64,000 nucleotides of DNA. It comes from Chrysomallon squamiferum (Eukaryota > Animalia > Mollusca). The notes under the pieces were generated by a model. It was given only the letters and a program-made list of their open reading frames with translations. It made no database searches and was not told the origin of the DNA. Positions 25,847-39,955 of the stretch are shown piece by piece; the first letter of the stretch is position 1, and each line of letters begins with the position of its first letter. The stretch is from the NCBI GenBank assembly GCA_012295275.1, contig CM022671.1:10540001-10604000 (forward strand). The letters run 5' to 3'. The position numbers and the translations under genes are program-made.

Positions 25847-28800
25847 AGCATTGCTTTGAAACTACTGTTCTATTTACATATAATTCAAGAAACTATTGAA
25901 AATAATAGATCAAGTAAGTTTTATTATGATAACAGTTTATCAGATCCTATGACATTCTATCATAATCTCAAAAACAACACCTAATTTTCACTACCAGAAA
26001 GGAGAAATGACAAGCAGGGATATTATAAATTTAAAAATATAAAATAATGACATCAGTAATATTGCACTGCCCGTGATATTATTGATATATTGGTAATGAT
26101 CTCAAATTTGACAGACGTGTTAGAGATCAGCTGCTCAATCTCTAACAGACTTGTCCATTAACTAAATCTGTTATAAATTCATTGATTTTCATTTAGTTAA
26201 TTTCTTCTTTTACCTGCTTTGTCAAATTTCCTTTTTCTTGGAGTGAATATAACTTTTAAAAACAATGAATTAAAATAATAAATAAGAATCAAATTAAATT
26301 GCATTTAAAATGACTTTGCTTTTTGTGAATCATTCACTGTTTCTGCCAATAGCCGAGCATTGTTTCCAATTGCTGTAATGTTACACATTTATTCAGACAT
26401 TTCTGATTAAATCATTCACATTCTTAAAGTTTTGTTTAACTCATAGTTAACTTATCTTTTCAGATTTTTTGGAAATATAATGTAAACTAAGTAATAAAGA
26501 AAAAACCATTCTGTAACATTAATTTTTGTTTAAAAGCCTCAATTAATCTTGTTTTTCAGGAGTATAGAGGTTAAGAAAATATAATCAAGTGAACTACTAT
26601 ATTTTTATTATTATTATTATTTAGCAATTCTTTTCTATAGTACATTAAATTTTGAAAATAGTGTAGAGAAATTGAAAATAGAAAATTACCGAACTATGTA
26701 AGATTAAAATCTAAAATGTAACAACAAATTAATAGACCTTATTTCGGATATTAGAAATTAGGAACCATTTTAACTCATAGTTCTCTTTCATCAAAAGAAC
26801 TGGTGAAATTATTGCATTGATTTCATTGTTGAAGTAAGATTAAATATTTCATCAGACTATTTCAATGTTGATATTAATCTGTGTATCAAGGTTTGTTGTT
26901 AAGCTGATTAAAATAGAATATAATAAATAATAAATCATATTTAAAATGAATAAATAAAAGTTTAACAGCAGTAGGTAAGATTTAGAAAAAAATATATAAT
27001 GATGGAAACAATCCACAAATGCAAATCGGATTGAGTAAAATTTTCAACTTAAATATAAAAATCACTTAGCATTAATTTGAAACTAAGGGTATATTCATAG
27101 ATAATTCAAGAAACTATTGAATACAATGGTTTAAGCATGTATTACCATAAGTACAATTTATCTAACTGGTACTAAGTCATTCTATTGTAATCTCAATATC
27201 ACTATATGAATTAAGTGATTAAAAAAGGATTAAATATTTCTTCAGTCTAATCAAGTGTCGATATTAATATATGCATCAAGGATTTGTTAAGCTTAGTTTT
27301 CTAAACTGACTAAAAGAGAAAATGAAAGGTTAACTGCCGTAGGTAAGATTTAAAAGAAAAAATAGTATGAAGGACATAATCCATACATTCAAATCAGATT
27401 GAGTAAAATGTTCAACGAAAATATAAAAATCACTTAGCATTAATCTGAAACTATTGGTATGTTTATAAATAATTCAAGAAACTACTGAAAACAATGGTTT
27501 AAGTATGTATTACCATAATTACAATTTATCTCAATATCACAATGTGAAGTAAGTAATAAAAAACAAAATCTGTAACATTAATTTTTTTTTTAAACATTCT
27601 TAATTAAGTTTATTTCTCAGGAGTGTAGAGCTTTAGAAATAATAAGCAGCTCAACTACTGTATTTTTATTATTATTAATATTGCTGTTATTGTTAGCCAT
27701 TTTGGTTTTATTCAAATCAAACTGTAGTACTTTAAAGTTTGAAAACTGTACACAAATTGTCAACTAAAAATTCTACTAGTAAGTAAGGTAAATATTTCTG
27801 ATAAGATATTAAAAGCTAAAATGTAACAACAAATTAATAGACCTTATTTCGGATATTGGAAATTAGAAACCATTTTAACTCATAGTTCTCTTTCATCAAA
27901 AGAACTGGTGGAATGATTGCACTGATTTCATTGTTGAATTAAGATTAAATATTTTTTCAGACTATTTCAATGTTGATATTAATCTGTGTATCAAGGGTTT
28001 GTTGTTAAGCGTAGTCTTCTAAACTGATTAAAATAGAATATAATAAATAATAAATATAAAAAATATTTAAAATAAAATAAAAAAAAGTTTAACAGCAGTA
28101 GGTAAAGAAAAAAAATATATATAATGATGGAAACAATCCACAAATGCAAATCAGATTGAGTAAATTTTCAAATAAAAAATAAAAAAAATCACTTAGCATT
28201 AATTTGAAACTAGAGGGTATATTCATAGATAATTCAAGAAACTATTGAAAACAATGGTTTAAGCATGTATTACCATAAATACAATTTATCTAACTGGTAC
28301 TAAGTCATTCTATTGTAATCTCAATATCACTATATGAATTAAGTAATAAAAAAAGGATTAAATATTTCTTCATTCTAATCAAGTGTCGATATTAATATAA
28401 AATTTGTTATTTAGTTTTATAAAATCAAGGATTTGTTAAGCTTAGTTTTCTAAACTGACTAAAAAAAGAAAATGAAAGGTTAAAAATTTGCCGTAGGTAA
28501 GATTTAAAAAAAAAAAAAATAGTATGAAGGACATAATCCATACATTCAAATCAGATTGAGTTAAATTTTAAAAAAAAAAAAAAAAAAATATAAAAATCAG
28601 CAATAATTTGAAACTATTGGTATGTTTATAAATAATTCAAGAAACTACTGAAAACAATGGTTTAAGTATGTATTACCATAATTACAATTTATCTCAATAT
28701 CACAATGTGAAGTAAGTAATAAAAAACAAAATCTGTAACATTTTTTTTTTTTAAACATTCTTAATTAAGTTTATTTCTCAGGAGTGTAGAGCTTTAGAAA

Positions 28801-30889
28801 TAATAAGCAGCTCAACTACTGTATTTTTATTATTATTAATATTGCTGTTATTGTTAGCCATTTTGGTTTTATTCAAATCAAACTGTAGTACTTTAAAGTT
28901 TGAAAACTGTACACAAATTGTCAACTAAAAATTCTACAAGTAAGTAAGGTAAATATTTCTGATAAGATATTAAAAGCTAAAATGTAAGAACAAATTAATA
29001 GACCTTATTTCGGATATTGGAAATTAGAAACCATTTTAACTCATAGTTCTCTTTCATCAAAAGAACTGGTGAAATGATTGCACTGATTTCATTGTTGAAT
29101 TAAGATTAAATATTTCTTCAGACTATTTCAATGTTGATATTAATCTGTGTATCAAGGGTTTGTTGTTAAGCGTAGTCTTCTAAACTGATTAAAATAGAAT
29201 ATAATAAATAATAAATCATATTTAAAATGAATAAATAAAAGTTTAACAGCAGTAGGTAAGATTTAGAAAAAAATATATAATGATGGAAACAATCCACAAA
29301 TGCAAATCAGATTGAGTAAAATTTTCAACTTAAATATAAAAATCACTTAGCATTAATTTGAAACTAAGGGTATATTCATAGATAATTCAAGAAACTATTG
29401 AATACAATGGTTTAAGCATGTATTACCATAAGTACAATTTATCTAACTGGTACTAAGTCATTCTATTGTAATCTCAATATCACTATATGAATTAAGTGAT
29501 TAAAAAAGGATTAAATATTTCTTCAGTCTAATCAAGTGTCGATATTAATATATGCATCAAGGATTTGTTAAGCTTAGTTTTCTAAACTGACTAAAAGAGA
29601 AAATGAAAGGTTAACTGCCGTAGGTAAGATTTAAAAGAAAAAATAGTATGAAGGACATAATCCATACATTCAAATCAGATTGAGTTAAATTTTCAACAAA
29701 AATATAAAAATCAGCAATAATTTGAAACTATTGGTATGTTTATAAATAATTCAAGAAACTACTGAAAACAATGGTTTAAGTATGTATTACCATAATTACA
29801 ATTTATCTCAATATCACAATGTGAAGTAAGTAATAAAAAACAAAATCTGTAACATTTTTTTTTTTTTTTTTAAACATTCTTAATTAAGTTTATTTCTCAG
29901 GAGTGTAGAGCTTTAGAAATAATAAGCAGCTCAACTACTGTATTTTTATTATTATTAATATTGCTGTTATTGTTAGCCATTTTGGTTTTATTCAAATCAA
30001 ACTGTAGTACTTTAAAGTTTGAAAACTGTACACAAATTGTCAACTAAAAATTCTACTAGTAAGTAAGGTAAATATTTCTGATAAGATATTAAAAGCTAAA
30101 ATGTAAGAACAAATTAATAGACCTTATTTCGGATATTGGAAATTAGAAACCATTTTAACTCATAGTTCTCTTTCATCAAAAGAACTGGTGGAATGATTGC
30201 ACTGATTTCATTGTTGAATTAAGATTAAATATTTTTTCAGACTATTTCAATGTTGATATTAAGCTGTGTATCAAGGGTTTGTTGTTAAGCATACTCTTCT
30301 AAACTGATTAAAATAGAAAATAATAAATAATAAATCATATTGTTAAAAATGAATAAATAATAAAAGTTTAACTGCAGTAGGTAAGATTTAAAAAAATATA
30401 TATATATTATGATGGAAACAATCGACAAATGCAAATCAGATTGAGTAAAATTTTCAACTATAAAATATAAAAGTCACTTAGCATTAATTTGAATGAGAGG
30501 GTATATTCATAGATAATTCAAGAAACTACTGAAAACAATGGTTAAAGCATGTATTATCATAAATACAATTTATCTAACTGGTACTAAGTCATTCTATTGT
30601 AATCTCAATATCACAAAATGAACTAAGTAATAAAAAAAGGATTAAATATTTCTTCATTCTAATCAAGTGTCGATATTAATATATGCATCAAGGATTTGTT
30701 AAGCTTAGTTTTCTAAACTGACTAAAAGAGAAAATGAAAGGTTAACTGCCGTAGGTAAGATTTAAAAGAAAAAATAGTATGAAGGACATAATCCATACAT
30801 TCAAATCAGATTGAGTTAAATTTTCAACAAAAATATAAAAATCAGCAATAATTTGAAACTATTGGTATGTTTATAAATAATTCAAGAAA
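20100..30889. repeat. AT-rich higher-order tandem array, units about 1.1-1.15 kb and about 1.7 kb, running into a gap
   Basis: Marker aaatgtaa(c/g)aacaaattaatagacc near 22751, 23881, 25039, 26713, 27819, 28980, 30099 (diverged copy near 21031); internal sub-repeats gaaactactgaaaacaatgg; no ORFs. Confidence 0.93.
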
Positions 30890-31089
30890 NNNNNNNNNNN
30901 NNNNNNNNNNNNNNNNNNNNNNNNNNNNNNNNNNNNNNNNNNNNNNNNNNNNNNNNNNNNNNNNNNNNNNNNNNNNNNNNNNNNNNNNNNNNNNNNNNNN
31001 NNNNNNNNNNNNNNNNNNNNNNNNNNNNNNNNNNNNNNNNNNNNNNNNNNNNNNNNNNNNNNNNNNNNNNNNNNNNNNNNNNNNNNNNN
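30890..31089. other. Assembly gap (200 N)
   Basis: Run of N. Confidence 1.
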
Positions 31090-32771
31090 TTAGAAACAGA
31101 TATGTTAAAGTTTGCAAAACATCACTTTTGAAACTCACTGGAATGTTAACTGACTATCTTCTTTTGAAAGAAACTGCAGTCTCAACTGACCATCTTTCTA
31201 AAATCACTGTTATGTTAAATGATCATCTTTCTAAAGTCAGTGCAATGTTGATACATCTTCTTTCTGATGCAATGGTATTTTTAAATATCAGTCTTACTCT
31301 GTTATCTTTCTCATTTTTCTATTTCATTTCTGTGTTCTGGCAATTCAGTGGTGGTGCCCTGTTGTTTTCCTAGAACACAGTTTAAAGTAAATAATTTAAG
31401 CCTGTTTATTCCTTAATGCTCTGACTGAGCCATTTCAAAATCCAGTCAGTGTTCTGTGAGTTGTTTTTCAACTTTTCTCTTTCTTATTACATTCTGATAC
31501 GTCAGTAAAGTTTTGTTCATTCATTCTATAAATTGTAATATTTTATTAAACTTTTAGTTTATTTAAGATAATTTAGTCCTTCATAATAAAAACTGTGATC
31601 TTACCCATTCAACTTTCTCATTTTGTGTTCCCCAACTGTATGATCATTTTATTTACTTCTTTTCACTAAAATGTGTTACAGAAATTCTGTAAAGATGATT
31701 GCTTCTGGAAAGACAGTAATTCTTGTGTACCTTTAGTGACCCCTATAATAGTTAGAAGTCTAGAGTTATCTTGTTCCTAACTACTTTAGGTGGTTCAGTA
31801 CACTGAGCCGCAATTTAAGCCCCTTTCTGGCATAGCAAGGTTTCATTGGCCAAATGCAATGAGTGGATATAATTTCCTTTCTGCTGTTAGGTACTTGCTA
31901 TTTTTCTGAAATGGCAACAATGTCTAATTCTGAGTTTAAGCAGTCATTTCCATCACACTGAGTATGTTCTGATAAGATTTAATTTCACTTTTTAAAAATC
32001 AGATTTCAAAAATAGTTTATGATATATACCACACCAGTGAATTATGGAATTCTACTCAAAAAGAAAAAGCCATATTCATGACAGGATGTTAACTAACCGA
32101 AGTAGAGTGCAGAGGTCATGTTTTAAAGCTGTTCTCTAGGTTCTTGCTCATTTGCTGGGATCATTCAAAAATCATTTTACTATCCTTCTTTAGCTCGTTC
32201 TTTCTTTAATATTGTTCTACAGTAACTTGCTGTTCTGGGAATTCAGGATTACTGCCCCATTCTCTTTGCCCAGAACTGAAAGTTACTAGGGAATACTCTA
32301 CTTTCACTACAAAGTCTTTTAATTACTTCTTGGTTTAATTCACTGTTAACGTTTTTCAGAAACACAATTCTTTAAGTTTAAATGATTTTCCTTCCACCTT
32401 TCTGTTAGTAAATCAATGGGTCCCAGCAAAGTTCTGTCAGTTTTGAATTCCTTTAGGAATATTCTTCATCTGTTACAAGAAAATGAACAGCTTCTGCAAA
32501 AATTCTCTCTGCTTTTCTTACTGAAAGTCAAGTTACAATATCCTTTTCTGTATAAATAATTCTCAGAAGGAACAATAAGGAAAACTGTCCAAATTACTGG
32601 ACATTTTTAGTTCCAAACAGCATACAAAAAAACTTAGTTGTCATCAATGTTTATGTATAGACACGAAAAACTAGGAAAACAGAAAGAAGAGAAGAGAAAA
32701 ATGTGGAATAGCATTAAAAATTCAAACTCAGAGAAATAATGTTCTAAAAATCTTAGTATCATTAAATTACT

Positions 32772-32774
<3 letters not shown>

Positions 32775-32828
<54 letters not shown>
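32775..32828. repeat. (AC)n microsatellite
   Basis: Direct reading. Confidence 0.95.
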
Positions 32829-32833
<5 letters not shown>

Positions 32834-35288
32834 TCCACAAACACGTACACATGAACAAAATACTTAATCAGTTAATGCATTCTCTTTCTGGACACAGTTA
32901 ACTACTCTTAACAAATGTTAAGAATTTTCTTGTTATTATCATATCATTGTCTTTATTATAATTATTATTATTATCATTATTATCATTATTATTATTTTCT
33001 TTTGTTAGAAAAGTAAAAGTTCCCTTTTCTCTCTTTTTGTTGTTTACTGCATCATTTTCTATGTCTTCTCCATTACTGGAAATTGAGCTTGGATTTATTA
33101 AAATCAATGTCACTTAAACCAAATTTAATAAAACAATTTTTGAAAACGTTGATCAATTCATAAGTGTGATTTCTATTTCTTCATTATCAGTTACACTTTG
33201 TTCTATGCTAGAACACCTCGTGAATATTCATTCTAAATTTTATTTATTTATTTATTTATTTAATTAAAAACAAAAGCAATCTTAGTAAATTTGAATGGTT
33301 TATTGTAACATTTTTTTTTATCAGTATTTTGCTTTTTTCTTTTTTTCCTGTACATAGAAAAATCATCAGATGTATTACTTCTTTCAGCATTTTTATTTTT
33401 AATATGAAAATAAAGCTATGCACTGCTGAATGTAAATGGTTTATACAAAACCATAGAGCAACTATTGAGAATGTATGATTTATTGTTAATTATCTTTATA
33501 TTTTGTGTCATTTACTCATTTTTAATGTTTTTATAACCAGTAACCATTGCGAATGTATAATTTTATTGACAACTTACATTTTGTGACAGATTCCTAATTT
33601 TTTATGTTTTTTAATCGGTAAACATGTTTACTGTTTTTACATGTATATTGTGTTATCTTAACCAACTTTTTACAAAATGCACTCTTTATTTTATTGCCCA
33701 TAATGCATTTTACATTGTTTGCTAAACAATTTTAATTTTTTAATAATTTATATTTTAAATTTGTACCTTTTTAAAACAATATTTGATTGTGCCAAATAAG
33801 TTTTCTATTGTTTGAAACCTGTATTATGCACAGTACATTTATATTCTGATAATAGTACTAGTACTATTACACTGTTATACTGAAAATATTTCAATAAATG
33901 GCTTAATTGAATTTCTTGTTTGTTGTTATTAGTATAGTTATGTGTGCACAAATTAATTTTCAGCTTACAGAGTGTAATTTTATAATAACAAATACAAATG
34001 GTTTTTGATGTGTTTATGATTTGACACATCAATTGAAATAGTTTCATTGTTTCGTGAAAGAATATATGCTGGCATTAAAGTCAGTTAAGTAAAGGAACAC
34101 CTAAAACACTGATGTCTATAGATAAAATATTTTAAGAGGACTGACAATCTTGACAACAGTCATACCCTTGGATCAGTCTGTTGTTAAAACAATTTCTGGG
34201 ATTCATAAATGATATTGCATGAAATGTAATGAATGAAACATGAATCAATGTTCAACAAACTTGAGTATTCTATTGATGACTGGTACTGGGATGATCCTCA
34301 AGTCATACTGACAGATATCTTAGAAGAAATGAATAACATTTGTTTGAATATACATTTAGGAAGGAATTTACAATCAAAGAATAATCAATCATGCTATTAA
34401 AAGAAGAAACAAAGTATTTTACAAAAGTTGAAATGTTATTTTCAAATAGCCCAAGTCTGTTATGCATAACAAGAACAGATCAAATATTTAAATTATTTCT
34501 TATCCTATTATTTTACAGATTAAGTCATGAAAAGAAAAGGAAAGAAAAAGAAACATAGGCTATCAAAATATTATCTTAATTTTAAAAGTAATGAGAACAC
34601 AACATCTAACAGTTAAGATTTCATTTATCAGTATTATTACTTAGCATTTGTTTGATTATTATTGTTGTTGTTTGTTTTTATTTTATTCTGATTATTTTTA
34701 TCATTATTTCTTTATTAATTTGTGCATTATATAGATACTTCTCCCATTAGTGATGTCTGAATGTAAGAGTTATTTCTCTTAGACCATTTCATTTAGAAAG
34801 AGAATCATGAATGTATTGCTAGACATTTTCTTGTCCATTAACAAGAAAGGAAAAAAGAGGGATAAATTTTCTGTTAAAGAGGGACTATAAATCTGGAGTG
34901 TTTGCTTTTTTCTTATTTTTTTTCGGTTATCAGGGCTGTTTCATCTAAATACATGATGAATATTTATTTAAAGTTACCATATTTCATCCATTAAAAAATA
35001 TATTGCTGTTAATTAATTATAAATTATTGTCTTCTTTTAAGGACTCTTCATACAATATGGATCTTTAATAAATATACATAAGAAGCAGCCTCAATCAGAT
35101 ACTTTAATCCCATGTGTAGACAATAAATATTAATCAGATACCAAAAATTAATTACCCCTAAAACAATAAAAAGAAATTAAATAAAGCCAAAAAGCCTGAA
35201 TCAGATGCTGTTTTCCAGTATAGACAATAAAAAACAACAATCATATAATAAAAGGAACAATAAAAAACAATAATTAAATAAAAAATAG

Positions 35289-35320
<32 letters not shown>

Positions 35321-36046
35321 ATAAAAATATCAGTTTTAATCAGATAATGTAAAACAGTGTAATGTTAAAAATAATTTTAAAAATAAAATAATAATAATAA
35401 TAATTAATAAAGTAAAAATTTTAAATAAATTAATAAAAAAATAAAAATACAAACATAACAGCTGAATCAGATACTGTAATCCAGTGTGTTGACAACAAAT
35501 AACAATCAGATACTAAAAGCAAATTAACCCCCCACAAAAATAATAATAAAAAGCAAGAAGCCTGAATCAGATACTGTAATTCATTGTATAGACATTAAAG
35601 AAACAAAAACAAAAAAAAGGGAACGAAAAAAATAACACCACCCCTAAAAAGACATAACCCAACTGATAACTGATAATAATAATAATAAAATAATAATGAT
35701 AATAAAATAAATAAAAACCAAAATATTCTTTTTCAGTTTTCTACGTGTTAATTTTTTAAACAATAATTGAAAAGTTATTATGACTTAAACTGCTATGTTT
35801 TTACACCTGTGTAAAAGACGACATTCATTTTTCTTTATATAAGAAAGTAAAGGCTTTACGGAAACCAATATGAGTACAGATGTGGACATATTGGTGTATT
35901 AAGAATTACCTCCCCTCCAATGATTGCATTAACAGTTTTGCACAGGTTTCAGTTATACACAAATCAAAATAGTTTATGCAAATTGAGTTCAATGATGCCA
36001 TGATTCCCTGTCCCTAGCACCTCCCAGAAATATTGGATTTTCATGC

Positions 36047-36105
<59 letters not shown>

Positions 36106-36113
36106 GTGTAAAA

Positions 36114-36144
<31 letters not shown>

Positions 36145-36976
36145 CACTGGAAAGAAGAATATAATCAAAATGAAATCAAATTTAAACTTTGCAATAATTT
36201 TGATATGTCATGTTTTCGTCTATCGTCCAATGTTTCCTAGTAAAAATGTGATTGTTGTTGCAAAGTTGTGATAATAGAACAATACCAAGATAGTCACAAA
36301 ACACAATTATTTGTCATTCACATTTTCTTTCTTTTTATATTTGGGCCAGTTTTATTAGAAAAGTTTGGATTAATAACACATTTATTCACAATTGTATGAA
36401 AAGAATGACATAAGAAAAAGAATGACTAGAATATCATTAACAAACCATCTCAAAATACATTATTTACAATCCCATCCATGTGAAAGAGCAAGAATTGTTT
36501 TTCAGTGTTAAGATTACTGTGGGAGATTATATTAAAATGATAATTATACATTTCAAAAAAGCATTTGGTATCAAAACAATTCTTAAACACATTATGCTGA
36601 AAACTTTGTATTTGTAAATGTGAATATGAAAAATTTATTTCAGAAATTTCAGGTCGTTCTTTTTCTTTTTTCCCCATAATCCAGCTGAAAGAAGTGCATT
36701 ACTGGAAAAATAAAATGATTGTCAAAAATACAAATTTTATCCTTTTAAATAATCATATCTCTACTTTATTATTTGTTTCTATTATTATTATTATTATTAT
36801 TATTATTTATTATTAATTTAACTTTTCAGCACTTAAACATGGTTTTGCAGGATATCAGTATACAGTGATAAAAATGAGTGAACAAAAAAAAAGAAAGAAA
36901 TTATAAATTTTGGAAAAATAGTTGAGTCTCATATTATTGTATTAAATAATGATGGAATTAGTACACTGCTATAACA

Positions 36977-37609
36977 CTACATTCTGTTCATGAGTAGCAC
37001 TAACAATTTATGACACATTAAAATTACCAAACATGACTGACTAACTGCCAACATGAAGAATACGGTCTTCAGAATATCATGTGACACAAACTTTGGATAA
37101 CCAAATCCCAGGGATTCAATGTCTTTACATAGTTTCTGAAAATGCTTCCATGTAGGATCTGGAACGAATCTTTCTGTGATATTAGCTCTGAAGTCCGGGC
37201 CATTGAACTGGTCATACAGTGTGAATGAAACTGGCAGCATGAAAGGCCAGTCTAGGATATTGTCATATTCACCAGGTAACAGTTTGATATAGGCTGACAG
37301 AAACTTCCCTTCTCCTTGACCATTTCCATTAAGAAACACAGACAATGCAGCTTTGTAGCCGAATTGCGACGTGTAAAATGGCTGACTGACAAGCTCTTTC
37401 TTACTGTTCTTATAACAAGCTTCTATGTATTTGGCCTTGTAGTTGGAAATCTTCCAGATGAAGGTTCCGTCTGTGACATGCGTGACAGCATGCACAGCAG
37501 CACACAGTTGGGAAATCTGGTTCTGTTGTTTTTTCACAAGGTTGCACATGAACTGAAGGTGTGTCTTTGTAGATTCTTCCACATGTTTGTCCATGGTGAA
37601 ACGTGGGCT
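36977..37609 (-). CDS. TRAF4: TRAF4-like terminal exon (coiled-coil + MATH/TRAF-C), copy 1, open
   Basis: GTFIWKI, PFYTSQFGYK, FLNGNGQGEG, LLPGEYDNILDWPF, FVPDPTWKHFQK, LGFGYPKFVSH; cctttgcag acceptor; partial gene only. Confidence 0.85.
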   Translation of the reverse strand, partial: SPRFTMDKHVEESTKTHLQFMCNLVKKQQNQISQLCAAVHAVTHVTDGTFIWKISNYKAKYIEACYKNSKKELVSQPFYTSQFGYKAALSVFLNGNGQGEGKFLSAYIKLLPGEYDNILDWPFMLPVSFTLYDQFNGPDFRANITERFVPDPTWKHFQKLCKDIESLGFGYPKFVSHDILKTVFFMLAVSQSCLVILMCHKLLVLLMNRM

Positions 37610-37892
37610 CTGCAAAGGATTAAACTGAAATAAGTTTTAAGATTAGACAAGGATAATGAAACACGTGAAATGAATAAGCTGTGTAATGTTAAATTATTTT
37701 CTTTTTAAATCTGTGGTAACAAATTATTATTAATAAATCATCAATGATAAGAAAAAATATATATTTAAACAATCCCAAATCATTTAAAATATAAAAAAAT
37801 ATTAAAAACTAAATACAACAGACAGAATGTAAACCAAATAGATGTTTCTTACTGTTATGAAATATACAGTTTATCGATATAATTTAATTTAC

Positions 37893-38054
37893 TTGCAGTG
37901 TTTCTTGTAGAAACTCTCTGCTGCAGTAATCACAGTTGACAGTTCTCTTGTGACATTCATTTTTCATGTGGTTGGACAAAAACCTTCTTTCCAGTTTTGC
38001 CCCACACTTGTTCTCACACCAAACAACCTCATTTGGACAGTTTCGAGAATGTGT
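37893..38054 (-). CDS. TRAF4: TRAF4-like zf-TRAF exon (162 nt), copy 1
   Basis: THSRNCPNEVVWCENKCGAKLERRFLSNHMKNECHKRTVNCDYCSREFLQETLQ; gtcttag acceptor, gtaaat donor, phase 0-0. Confidence 0.88.
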
Positions 38055-38449
38055 CTAAGACAGGAAAAACAGATTCACTGAATTAAGTATTACCTCTTTT
38101 AAAACACATATAATTCCACATCAACCTCATTATTATCCTACTGAGTACCTTAAGTGACTGCTAAAGCAATTATCAGTGTGACTTCCTCCATCATTTGTTG
38201 AATCATTTGACTCTACTTTCCTTGTAGAGTCATTATCTAGCAGAGTTATATATGCTATTACATCCAACAATGGAATAAACCCAAGTATCTGCATTGTTTG
38301 CAAAACATTATTATGTCAATTACAATAACTATTTTCAGTATTTCAAGTAACATTTTCATATTCTTTAACAAAATATATTGTTGTTAATTAATTATAATTT
38401 GTTGCGTTCTTTTAAAGACTCTTCGTACATTTGATGGATTTGATTTTTC

Positions 38450-38485
<36 letters not shown>

Positions 38486-39134
38486 GTCCAAATAAACAAA
38501 TCTCGAAAAATATAACAGACTGAATGAGATAACTGTAATCCAGTGTGTAGACATCAAAAAACAAACAAAAAGAAATTAAGGAAACAAACAAAAAACAAAA
38601 CCAAAAACCATAGCCTTTTAATATTTTGTTTTTATGATTATTATTTTTATTTTTTTATTGTTTGGCTTTATTAAATAGTAGGTAGTAGTGGTGCCAGACA
38701 CTTTATCAAGCAAATCAAATCAAGCAGTTGATACTTTCACAATGTGTATTGATGTGCACCTTGTACCTGGAACCAATCTTGAACCAGCCTCAAACCTGTG
38801 AAGATATGTAGCTTAACCTTTCATTATTGTTGGGACAGTCTATATAGTGTGCACACACAAATACTAACTGAAGGTAAAAATTCAAGTGAAAATAAGAGAA
38901 AGACTGACTGACAGCATACTGATAGATAATTTCAATAAAAAACAAGCTAAATCAGATTGTTACATTACCTACTCAAGGAATAACTAACTAATTTAGTTAC
39001 TGCTATGCAATATGCAGACAACCGAAAATAAAAAACCCACCACTAACAAACAAGACAATGTCAATCATAAACTGTTATTAAGCGTGTGGATTAACAAAAT
39101 CCTAAATTTCACATTGCTATAAAATGGTCATCCT

Positions 39135-39955
39135 AAATCAGATACTGTTATGTAATGTGCGGATATTACAACAAAACAACTAAGTCAGATCATGTTATAT
39201 AGTGCATGGATATTACAACAAACAAGTAAGTCAGACCATGCTATCCAGTGCATGGATATTACAACAAAACAACTAAGTCAGATCATGTTATCCAGTGCAT
39301 GGATATTACAACAAAACAACTAAGTCAGATCATGCTATCCTGTGCATGGATATTACAACAAAACAACTAAGTCAGATCATGCTATCCAGTGCATGGATAT
39401 TACAACAAAACAACTAAGTCAGATCATGCTATCCTGTGCATGGATATTACAACAAAACAACTAAGTCAGATCATGCTATCCAGTGCATGGATATTACAAC
39501 AAACAACTAAGTCAGATCATGCTATCCAGTGCATGGATATTACAACAAACAACTAAGTCAGATCATGCTATCCAGTGCATGGATATTACAACAAAACAAC
39601 TAAGTCAGATCATGTTATCCAGTGCATGGATATTACAACAAAACAACTAAGTCAGATCATGCTATCCAGTGCATGGATATTACAACAAAACAACTAAGTC
39701 AGATCATGTTATTCAGTGCATGGATATTACAACAAAACAACTAAGTCAGATCATGCTATCCTGTACATGGATATTACAACAAAACAACTAAGTCAGATCA
39801 TGCTATCCAGTGCATGGATATTACAAGAAAACAACTAAGTCAGATCATGCTATCCAGTGCATGGATATTACAACAAACAACAATCATGCTATCCAGTGCA
39901 TGGATGGATAATAAATAAACAACAGATACATGATCATGTTATCCTGTGCATGGAA
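39135..39955. repeat. 47-bp minisatellite, about 17 copies
   Basis: tcagatcatgctatccagtgcatggatattacaacaaaacaactaag; internal tatcca/tggata inverted 6-mer. Confidence 0.95.

Noticed and set aside
30842-31373. ORFs spanning the N runs (also 52352-52732)
   Set aside because: Artefacts of translating gaps
34220-34400. Short plus-strand peptide-like stretch (LEYSIDDWYWDDPQVIL)
   Set aside because: Too short, with no recognisable family or clear splice sites
36450-36677. Identical 75-aa ORF in three units
   Set aside because: AT-rich 3'-flank sequence with no motifs, frameshifted in unit 2; identity reflects recent duplication
37316-37633. Plus-strand 105-aa ORF repeated in several units
   Set aside because: Antisense shadow of the TRAF exon
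39135-39955. CRISPR-like array of palindromic repeats
   Set aside because: No unique spacers, no cas genes, eukaryotic context; it is a minisatellite
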